Positions 40,201 through 52,200 of a stretch of DNA of 64,000 nucleotides are shown one piece after another. The position numbers and the translations under genes are program-made. A model generated the notes under the pieces. The model worked only from the letters and a program-made list of their open reading frames with translations, was not told the DNA's origin and searched no databases. Origin of the DNA: Phoronis australis (taxonomy: Eukaryota > Animalia > Phoronida); NCBI GenBank assembly GCA_002633005.1, contig NMRA01000070.1:938369-1002368 (forward strand), in the 5' to 3' direction. Position 1 is the stretch's first letter; each line of letters starts with the position of its first letter.

Positions 40201-43200
40201 CAAATTTGTCGCATAGTTTAAAATAGTCTTCAAATGCCCAAAAGATCAAATCCGTTTTTCGTGTTGGCAATAATGACGGGATTGCTTTGGAAATCGTCTT
40301 AACATAAAGTTTGACAAAGAGAGTATTGCGAGTTTCTGAGTGATTCACTTTGGCTTCGATTAAAATTCACATCTTACCAGCAGCTTCTGTTTTTTCATCG
40401 TCACTCAGGTTCCATTTTCTTTAAAAAATGAAGTAAATTTTCTTCATTGCACAGTGGAGCAGACGACGGAAACTGAGTCGTAGTGCGCAGCGCCACTGCC
40501 GGTCGCCTGGGATATAGCGGGAGAGCCTATACTTAGCCATAGTTCCGTTACGAATGCGCCGTGTTCCGAATTTGACACTTGAAATTGGATTTGAGCCCCC
40601 CCCCCTGTACACATTTAAATCTTTTTTTCATCCGTATAATTTTAATTACCGGGGTTAATTAATAAACTCAACATTTCCCTACCCTCTTAATGTTTTATTT
40701 TTGGGGGGCAGCCAAGGGAGGGGGCCCGGGCCCCCTGGGCCCCCCCCCTAAATCCGCCTATGAGTTAACCCAATATCTACAGAATTAGAAGGTTCAGGGC
40801 AAGCACAATCGAGTCGCATTATACATGTAACGTACCTGTCGTTTATAACGTTCGATCCATCTAATACATTATTTCTACATTTAGTTTTTAACGAACACGG
40901 ATACAAAACTTTAACACGTGCGTGCTTGTGGATGGTATAACCACCAAATAACTATGTCGCGGTCGAACCGCCGTTGAGCATTGATCGTAATGTGTTGGTC
41001 TTAAAAAGTTCACGATAATTCTCGTGGACAATAGATTGAATTTTGAAGCAAAAACCTTCAGTAAATTTTCAACAATTTTAGGGTCAGTTTTTGTCCAACT
41101 TTCATCCGGATTTTCGCCATGACATCCGACAAAAATCGTAAACTATTGAAATTAGCGTCATTTTTCGTCCAATTTTCATCGGGATTTTCGCTTTACCACA
41201 AAAATGTATGTGCTTGAACACGGTCACCCGTCGCTCTCATTTTAAAATGGGAAAAGCGACAAAACTTTACAGCTCACCTTTGGGCTCAAAACACCAACGA
41301 AAACTGATTACTTTTTAGAATACTGTGGCACTTCGCAAATTAGACCGTTGCAAATTCATAAATTGGTGAAATGTGTTACTTTCTCAGGAATTTTAACTCA
41401 GGTTTACTGATATTCCACGCTAATTTCTGTGTATTTACATTGAAATCATAAGTGTGAATTAAATTATTAATGGCTATCAAATTAAAAAACAAAGTAAATC
41501 GCTTTAACGGGTAGTAATACTAAAAGTTACTTCAAACTCGGCTTATCTGACCGAAGCGACCTCAGTTAAAACTTCACGGATATTTACGGAGAGAGCACGT
41601 ACATTGGTCAAAATTTTCTGAAGATTTCGAATCTTCTATTGGTTTAAATCCATCAAAAGAGCGAAAAAGTGCAAACAGACGTATTGTTTCGTTAGGCAAC
41701 TCTTATCTTAACGCCATCAGACTAATGCGTATTAGCGTGAAATCGCACGTTACTGGCAAAATATAAGCATGTGGTTTATTCAGGAATTTCGACCGACTCG
41801 AAAATCAAGGGAGGATTTTCGGGCCTGTCTATCCCGACCAAATAGGTTATGTGCGAAATGTTCTGGCTTCTGGCATGGAATATCCAATCACGTCAAAAAT
41901 ATGACCAATGGGTGTCAAGTTTAGCTGCGCTTTTTGAATTATGTAGACTACTGTCAACTTGCAAATAGCAGAAGATTGGAACGGAATGTTTTTCATTTTC
42001 ACGATGTGGCCTATTTGCTCGTAGCGTGCTATTTCAGGAAATTCCCCATCATTCGAAAACTGACACGTTGGTTGCAGTGATAAATCATCTGAAATACATT
42101 TTAGTGAACATATCACACACGTACGAGAATTGAGTCTGAAATCGATAGGTGAAAAAGTTAAGGATTTCTTCCTATCGCGAGGCGTTCAGCCATTGAAATA
42201 TCTCACACGTGTAGTTGCAATGTCATCAAATGCAGCTTCTCTCACTGATCGCACGTGTGTCTGTCATTGCCTAAGAGAGCATTTATTTCACCCAAGGAAG
42301 TGTACAATATTGATAATTGAGTAACATAGTAAACACGCCCACTCTGGTCCAAAAACTGGCTAACTCACATTACAGGTAGATCGTAAAATTATGCTGTAAT
42401 GCACTTGTTGTGCAGCTTTCCACGTTGACAAATACCTCTTTATGTGAGCATTTTCGTGGAGACTACCTTTGAAAACTGCACACTACAGCTGCTATATTTC
42501 CATGAACAGGAATTTCTACTACTGCAGCGCCACAGGTTAGCACTTGCTTAAATTACCCTATGCATAGAGTTTGGTGACAACTCTGAAACAACCAACCAGT
42601 CTGTGAGCAGAAAAATTGTAAACAAGAAAATTCTGCACGCTGAATAATGTTTCTATTACCAACTAAAAACTTACAGTCACTGTTTGTATTTTATTTTTCT
42701 GAGCAATTACATAACACTTGACAACCACAAATGCGCATTTTCACTTCAATTCCTACGCATGAAATCAAAAGAAGATTAGACTTTTTGCCTTTATTGATGC
42801 AACTTTTATTCATCGTCATCGTCTACAAATTTCGAGGGTCATTTTATTACAGCTTGATATATCATTACCAATAACCTAGTTTGAGTTTGGGTGTTTAAAT
42901 TAGGTGTTACGACAAAGTGAGTGCCCAACGAAGGGGTAATTTCATGTCCTTGAAAATATGTTTTTGGACATTGGGGATGGATATTATACATCCCTACACA
43001 GTGTCGAATATCAGTCCCTAAAATACAAGGATTAGTCCTGTTTTCAAAACAGATTATTTTAAGCTGAAACGTTTGAATATTTCATCTAAAAAATTTTGGG
43101 GGTATCAAAATAGACGGAGAGGTCAATGAGTGTATTATGGTGGTTGGTTCTCATTTGAGATGGATATGAATCAGCTGGTAACGTTTCATCCAATTCTCTG

Positions 43201-46200
43201 ACGAGTCATGTAGAATTTTTTTAATTCCATAAGTTTTATCAGAAATTGTTGCCTTTAATGTTTGCAAGCAGTAGGTTAATTTTTAGGGGAAATTCAGGTA
43301 CCGTTCAGAGACTTTGAATTTAAAAAATGGCTGGTCGACATCCATTTTCCACCTGATTTTGTAATCTACATGTATAGAGTTTTGGCAGCCTGAATGTGTT
43401 GTCTCTCAGTTCTTAATGATCGCATACAAACGGTGACTTTTGAGGGCAAAAACTGCTGATTTGATGTATATTTGTTCGTTTTATTGTTCTGAAACATCAG
43501 CGAGCACCACATCCCTTGACCCACAACCCCCTCAATCCACGACCCACGACCTTCGACCCACTCGGCCTACGATCCACAACCCCCCTCGACACTGTCTGTA
43601 CACAAGCTCGACTCGATCTGAACATAGAACAAGTGCTGTTTTGTAGGACCAATGAGTAAGGCAGTGAGATCGGCTGGCTTTTCCCTCTTTTTTGCAATTA
43701 AGGCAATCGATTCGGCAAGATTGAAAGCCAAAACCAGAAAAAAAACAACGCGACCAAATCAAATCAAAGACGTACAATGTACCAACCTTACTAATGTTGT
43801 TCCCGGCGGAGTGTAATCGTCTGGTTTGCTCTTCACTTAATTGCAGAGTGCGAGGAACCGACAAAATTGTAATTTCACCATTAAATACTGTTAACTAGTA
43901 AAAAGATTTCAACGCTACATGAAGTACAAATGTATATTGTGAACGAGTATACAATGTAAAGCAACTAAAAAATATGAAATTATGTACATTCACGTTAACG
44001 TACTCTCTCCCGAAGTTTATTAGAACCAGGCCATTGAGAGCCGCTTGTGGAACTATTTCCGTGACAACGAGAACGCGCTCACCGGTGTTCTCACGCCACT
44101 TTCTGTTTGTACTCACCAGACTTCAGCCAGAGCAGACTCGCGTGTAGGTATGTCGGGGAAAGTCACCCAGCGACGTAATAAAACTATGAAATATTTAAAA
44201 AGCGCACAGATACCTCTATTGCCACAGGTCGTGGGTCAATGGGGTCGTGGGTCGTGGGGGGTTGTGGGTCGAGGGGGTCGAGAGGTGTGGGGGTTCAGAA
44301 CAATCCTCTTTTTAGTAGCCAGCTGCTATTCCGGAAGTAGCAAAAGGTGAAAATTGACATTGGAATCAATTTCAAATTGAAGGAGAGGGCGATGGCGGTG
44401 CAATCACCGTCGGACAAAGAACCGTCAAATTTCAAGTTTACTTGTAGTCTGTTCATTGATCGTTCCGTTAAACCTCCCGATTGCTGTGAATTGGAATAGT
44501 TGGGACGTTGGCATTTAACCCCATAAGTCGCTTGTCAACATTTTCTTATGTATTTGAGTTTAAATTAGTGTGGAGATCCGACAGTAGATGCCGCTGTTAG
44601 TGTCGTAATTAAGTAAGTATGTTATTGCCTGGACACACCATGTCGCGTGCTCGACTGAAATGTTTGTATTGTGATAACTTTGTATCGGACTTCGATGTAG
44701 TACACTCGACAAACAAGTTGATAGTGCTGATCGCCAGTGGTCAGTGTCATTGAGTTTATAGAATGCACACGATGGGTTTTAACTCTACCCTTCATCGTGC
44801 ACTGGCGCCATTACCGGCTGGTTGTAATTGTTAAAATTTTCATCGATAAACCGCCCTCAACGTGGCTGTGGGTTATAACCGTGCCAAAGATGTTTACTAG
44901 TGAATTTATGAACGTTTTGTATCTGGAGTCATAACTTTTTCACATTCTAGATTAAGTTTGTACTGCATGTTTTGTTGACTTGGTGTGAACATGAAACTAA
45001 TTACACATGCGCGCACCCTGGGAGGGCCGGGGGGCTCGAACGAGCCCACTCCCCCCCCATTTGGCGAAGTGGACAAAAATGTCCACCTCTGAGAAACAAA
45101 AAGTCCGAGAAAATGAGACAAAAGTCCACTAAACAAGCACAAACGCGCAATTCACAGTGGTGCCCACAGCTTTTTTGTTACCAAAAGGTTCCCGCACAAC
45201 GTCAGGAATTTGAGCCCCCCCCCACATAAAGCTGGGTGCGCGCATGTTACATACTGCAGACTCGTTCACTGATGAGTGACACCCTCCAACCATGAAACTA
45301 CGAACTGGTGATCAATATGCCATTACGTATTTAAATTTTATAACTACTAGACTACACTGAAATCTTGTCACTGTCTGCTGTCAGTGCTTACGACTCGGCT
45401 AAGGACTTGTATCGCAGAAACGGACGGTGTTGGTCGTAACAAACGGTATGTCGCAAGTAGACGGATTCGTTCCCCGCGTGTTTTATTTTTCTGAAAATTG
45501 ACGGTTATGCTTCAAATTTAGAGATTGATGAAAATTTCACTATTATCAATCAAATTATTGTATCATAAATGATCACGGGCGTTTTTAAACAACATTTGGC
45601 CAGTTTAAAGGCGAAGGCAACCTTTTTCCATGTCATTTTGAGCTAAAATAAGGTTGGTTGGTTATCCTAGACATATTTTTCACTTAATTACAGCTTTTCG
45701 TAATTTTATTAATTACTCGTCCGCTTTTCCGGAAGTGACGTTTTAGGAGGCAAGCGCTTCTCGCCACTTGGTTTTGCGTTGAGCTTACTGTGCGAATCTG
45801 TTCTATTCTACTTTTGTTTTGTGCTATTTTTCACCAATTGTCGCCACCACTTTCCATCGGCAAGTATTCTGCGGCAAGATAGGTTAGTAGAGAACTCAAC
45901 TGCGTTGGATTTAGGGATTGTTTAGTGTGTTGTAAGCTGAAAATGGCTGGAGTCGGTGACCCGTATCACAGTGACAGTAGTGTGAGTGACGGAGACCTTG
46001 TTCACAGCAGTNNNNNNNNNNNNNNNNNNNNNNNNNNNNNNNNNNNNNNNNNNNNNNNNNNNNNNNNNNNNNNNNNNNNNNNNNNNNNNNNNNNNNNNNN
46101 NNNNNNNNNNNNNNNNNNNNNNNNNNNNNNNNNNNNNNNNNNNNNNNNNNNNNNNNNNNNNNNNNNNNNNNNNNNNNNNNNNNNNNNNNNNNNNNNNNNN

Positions 46201-49200
46201 NNNNNNNNNNNNNNNNNNNNNNNNNNNNNNNNNNNNNNNNNNNNNNNNNNNNNNNNNNNNNNNNNNNNNNNNNNNNNNNNNNNNNNNNNNNNNNNNNNNN
46301 NNNNNNNNNNNNNNNNNNNNNNNNNNNNNNNNNNNNNNNNNNNNNNNNNNNNNNNNNNNNNNNNNNNNNNNNNNNNNNNNNNNNNNNNNNNNNNNNNNNN
46401 NNNNNNNNNNNNNNNNNNNNNNNNNNNNNNNNNNNNNNNNNNNNNNNNNNNNNNNNNNNNNNNNNNNNNNNNNNNNNNNNNNNNNNNNNNNNNNNNNNNN
46501 NNNNNNNNNNNNNNNNNNNNNNNNNNNNNNNNNNNNNNNNNNNNNNNNNNNNNNNNNNNNNNNNNNNNNNNNNNNNNNNNNNNNNNNNNNNNNNNNNNNN
46601 NNNNNNNNNNNNNNNNNNNNNNNNNNNNNNNNNNNNNNNNNNNNNNNNNNNNNNNNNNNNNNNNNNNNNNNNNNNNNNNNNNNNNNNNNNNNNNNNNNNN
46701 NNNNNNNNNNNNNNNNNNNNNNNNNNNNNNNNNNNNNNNNNNNNNNNNNNNNNNNNNNNNNNNNNNNNNNNNNNNNNNNNNNNNNNNNNNNNNNNNNNNN
46801 NNNNNNNNNNNNNNNNNNNNNNNNNNNNNNNNTCCCAAAGCGCGCGTGAGCCGATAATTACTACATCCCGGTACGCAGCAACAGTGTGGCATGTTGACTG
46901 ACTAGTAAATGAAAGCGAACGACGACGGAACTTAACACAACCGAGGTAGAACAATGACTGACTCGGCAGCTCTCACAGTCAGACTATGTGAAAAGAAATT
47001 GGCGGGAAGCGCTTGCCTCCTAAAACGTCACTTCTGGAAAAGCGGACGAATAATTGATATAATTACGAAAAGCTGTAATTAAGTGAAAAATACGTCTAGG
47101 ATAACCAACCAACCTTATTTTAGCTCAAAATGACATGGAAAAAGGTTGCCTTCGCCTTTAAGCTGACATAGCAGAAACAGTTTTCTTAGGGATCTCACTA
47201 CCACCTGGTGGCAGAATGTGAAACTACGCTAAATTACAAAATATACTTGCAGCACTGTACCAGCGACATAGCGTTGGCGACAACCTGAGTGGGGTCGTGC
47301 TGGGTTTTTCCTAAATTTGCCTATGAGGTACAGAAAAACGAACAATACTTGTCCACAAATGGAGTTCAAAGGCAGATACAGCATATATTTTAACTTCTAT
47401 TTCGCTTAAATGTTTTGTCGGCAACGAATTGGATGTGTTTATAGTGTCTCTGGGTCTATACATACGCCATTAAGTCTCATATTCCAGTTCTGCGATATAT
47501 CGGCCTGAAGTATGGATTTTAAGGAAATCCAGTTGATATAAAAAGCGTTCCCACTACGTCGTCACAATTAAAAGTGATATGCAAACTTTCGTAATTACAT
47601 GTGATATCCAATGAAATGCTGTTGAAGTTGGGTGACCACGTGTAAGGGAGAGGGCATTGGGTTAAAGTTTCGGTTGCGTTGTCACTGCGTGCCGATGGAG
47701 TCTCGGCATACCGTGAATTAACTTAACGTAGAACTAAATACCTAGTTGGACACACTTTAACCCTTATTAGATGGTTAGACGATGTTATATCAAAGCCATC
47801 AGTACCTGCAGGTTAATAATAACAAAAACCGTTTGGGAAAATTCATAAAAATCCTCACTTGTCACGAACTGGAGCAGAATGATACTCCGCCATTTTAGAT
47901 TTGCGCTAAGTCGGAAGTGAGATTCGATGCGATTGAATAACAACGCCGACTATTCGACTGGACTAAGCGTGTTTTACAGGGAGTAAGGTACAGTACATGT
48001 AACTATGGTAAACGGTATAAACATAGCAACGAACATGCAATATCATTTTTTTAAGTGAAACTCTTATGCCCTAAGAATATTCTGACAACATGCAAAAATA
48101 TTGAAAATAGATTTAGACAGGCAAATACAATACCGGTGGTCTCCAGATTCTTTCAGTGTTAGGCGACTGACGGCCAACAATGTACAACGGCCTCTTTCTT
48201 ATAGAATACCAACTGGTGGAGAAATAGCTTCAGAAAGAAAACTGGGTGTGGTGCCATATGGTATGCTATAAGTGTTTGTGAATTTAAAGTAAAAGGAAGA
48301 GTTTTCATTCAGCCTGAAGCATTCGTATAAGTGACTACCCGGCGGAGCGCGATAACCTGGCCACGGACATCAGTGAGGAGCGCACTGTTGTGAGATAAAA
48401 ATGCTTTGTTTGTTGAAATATCGCCGTGTGTGGATGTTTTTTTTTTTCACTTGACATTTTAACCTCCACTAAAGCCCGTGCCGATTTGCTGCCAAGTTGA
48501 GAAATGTCTTACCGGTAGTCAGACGGCAATTGCTGTTACTTTGCATCAGTTTCACGATATGGCGCTAAAGAAACGACAACTGCCAGTCTAGAAAGGTTTT
48601 CCTCTAATTTATTACCAGAAAGGGTACCGTTGATGAAATTTGACGTATCATTGCGATGAGTCAGGACACTTCAGTTGCCGGGGGTTCGGCCGGGAAATGC
48701 GACGTTTTTACAAACTTGCAAATTACAGATAAAATTTGGACAATAGATAAAGAAAAACAGAAAAAGACGTAAACATTATACCATTTTGCATATTACTAAA
48801 TTTTGTATATATTTTCAAGTTTTTTAACTAGATTACGCCTTGAGATAAGGACTTGAGTGTCACTTTTGTTCACATCGGAAACACCGTTAATTCGAAAGTT
48901 GAAGGAGAGCGGTAATTGAACATTAGATGAATAATGCTTACAGTTTTTGAAAGCAAGACGTGAAAATTTCCTTCATTCAATTTGACTCGTGACCATAAAA
49001 TCAGCGCTAGTGAGAGGCCGTTATTGATGTTGTTCTCAACAAAAATGTACTCTATCACCAATACATTTATGGTTTATACAAAATAAATGACACTCAATGG
49101 GAAGTTGCGAATACGTTATCAAAAGCGATGATTACGAGTACTTGAAAACACGCCCAGTCGTTACACTTCCAGCGTTGGTTTTGGATTTTCATGCAATTTG

Positions 49201-52200
49201 AATAAAACATATAAACTTCTTTTGATTATTGTGCGTAAAACGCCTCATGGCTAAATTATATTTCCGTGAGATCATGAATTGATTTTACAGCGCCGTTGGC
49301 GGTAATTCTACCTGAACACATTTACTTCTGCATCATTCACGCGCGCATTGAGCAAAAACATTGAGTTTTACTATCAATGTTTAAAGTCCTTGTTGCAAAC
49401 TGCCCATGTGGTTCTAGTATCCGAAAATACTTACTACATAAATTCTTATTTTCGACATCTTTTCTTTATATTCTTTTCGCCTTTCTTGCCAAAAGCGATT
49501 TTTTAACAGTATTTGACCCTTCTCTCTGAGCGTATGATTACCGGTTGTCATCGGTTATTTCCGTACCCACATTTCCGGCTCATCAGTTCAGGAACTTGTC
49601 CTGAACGCCGCCATTTTTTCCTTGTAACTGAATGTGCTATGGCTTGCTCGAAAAGTCTTCATTATTTTGTTTTATTAGTAATATATCGTGATTCGTTTGC
49701 ATATGTAGTGTATTTATAGTTTGTAGTTAGTGGTCGTTGATTTTTTTGGAATGTTACGCGTACTTAGTATGTTAAAATAGCATTGGTGTTTAGTTCCTTA
49801 CGTAGGCCGGTCGAACCTAGGAACCAATATGGGTCGAACCAATTTTTTTCGGTTTTATTTTTTTCCTCGTTTTGAAAAAGTACTTTGCTATCATCGGAAA
49901 GGTAGTACATTCTACTCAGTAAAAATCGAAAAAGTATCAAAATCGGGGCAAGCACTGTAAAGTTATTGCAAGTTTTGTGGCGAAATTTGGGTCACTTTGT
50001 TTGGATCGCGTCGGCCATATTGGAGGACAGCGGGATGAGTTACGAGTTTAAAACTTTGTGTAAATTGTTTTCGCCAACAAATTACGGTGAAATTTAGTTA
50101 GACATATCTTTACTTACTATTCTGCACGATTTAGCAGTGTTCACCAAATTTCAGCCTCGCAGTTGTTACTCATTAAGTGATAAATGTGCTCACAATTCCC
50201 GTTGGACTTCGTCTCATTTCTGGCGGCACCTACAATGTCGACTTTTGCTGAACTGAAAGGCATGTTCAATCGGCTACTTTGTAATTTGTGAAGATTTAAC
50301 GTTGATACATTCTGACAAACGTTGCTACAAAAAAGAAACTTTGTTCAGTTTTCGTGTTTTTTGTGTTTGTGGCCAGCGACCAGTTAGGCCTAAGGGTAGT
50401 CTTGGCGCAAAGCTGGCGTGCGTTCAGTAGACGCTAGCACCTACGCTAGGACCTTGCAAAATCCTAGTCAAAGTCACATGTTCTCATTTAAAATACACGG
50501 CAATATCTCACGTAATCTCGCGAAGTCTTGCTTCTTAGCGACGTCCTAGCGCTACTGAACGGGAGGCTGTATAGGCCTACTAACAAGCTGTATTTTGACT
50601 ATAGTCTTCACTGGTAGCTGGTGACTGAGGCTAACTAAGGTCTGCCGCAGCAGTGTGACACAGGACTAACCAGCCCGTAATTTCATGCAAGTGTCTGAAA
50701 CTACCCTTGAATATATGCAGCATTTATCATTTGACCATTTTACTTCGACAAAACAGCTTGCAACCGCATGCATTTACCGTTCGCCAGTGTCTGGTGTCGA
50801 TCCGCACCGGGTCCGATAGGCTGCGGTCCCGAGTCTAGCAAAATAATTTCTGTCAAAATTTTTTCGCCACATTTCTTCAGCAAATTCCATAAAATTGTCC
50901 GTAGTCTGATTTTATCGAAATTAAGGCGCGCTGTCGATTTTTTTTATCCCCGTTTGCTGGCTGGTAACAGTACAGGCACTGCTCCAGTCGCACTGACGGC
51001 GTTTTCTCGGCCTGGGTTCCTAAATGAATTGTACTTCCGGGTTCGCGGCAAGTTCAAAAATGCCGGTGTTTCTTCGGGTGCAAATCGTGAGTGGCGCGTT
51101 CATTTAAACTGTTTTCGAGTACGGATCGTGTATTAGTTATGGGGTAGGTACTTCTTGGATCCTTATAACATCTTCTAACCATGTAATAAGGGTTAACAAC
51201 GCGTGAGACAAGAACTTTAAACAGCCGAGATAAACTGGCTAAACAGGGGTCAGTAGTGCCACTGGATAACGGACAGTAAACAGTTAAGATAATCGTCTGA
51301 CCAAAGTTCATCCGCTAACTCAGAAAATGGCAATTGCAGATACAGGATACTCACTTACACACACACACGCCCCCACCCACACACGCACGCACGCACAAAC
51401 ATATCCGTGCATCCATCCATCCATACATACATTCTTAAATACATCCCTACGCTGTACATACATAACTACATACATACATGCATATAGGCCTCTATACCCT
51501 CTTATTATACATATTCTGGTACAACATGTTGAAAGGGAGCGTTACTTGTCGAGTCAGAGCGCTATCGTAATGCATTACCGACATTGTCATAGATATATAT
51601 GTAGGTACGGGAGGGTGCGGTTGCATCGCAGGCACACATAAACATGGAAGCCACGCCAGCGCCTAGCCCCACACTGAAACAACCAGAAAAGTGCCGTATG
51701 ATGCAAATACATGTTGGTATTATTCACTTCTAATGCTCCCCAACAGAAGATGCAATAAATGTAGATACAGATTATGTATGGGAATCGAACAATTGCAATT
51801 AAGTATATGGTTTCACGATGCATGTAAATCGTTCGAATTTTTTCCACAAAGGACAGTGCTCAGCTGCCATGCATGTTATCAAGGGGTGGAAACGCTGTCT
51901 ACCTGAGCGCCTCTAAGTTCCAGTTACCATCACCTTATGTTTCACTCCCGTACCAGCAGCTACCAAATCCCCAGACTCGCATCCCTAAACTCGACACAGG
52001 CACCGAAACTGCTCTATACACGGTGTCCAAGTTCCATGGACCAGATTCCAAAGTCATGCCTTTAAATTGTTGCTGCGAATTAGTGGCGCACCCATGGAGT
52101 ATAGTAGTGTCAAGGTCATGTCAAAAATTATTTAGTGGCCTCCATTCTATCTGGCAAATCAAAACACTAGGCTTTGTCAACTACAGTATAGTAAAAGTAG

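Noticed and set aside
45911-46954. Long ORFs (287-347 aa) in the ORF track
   Set aside because: Artefacts of translating through the N gap; only their ends are real sequence.
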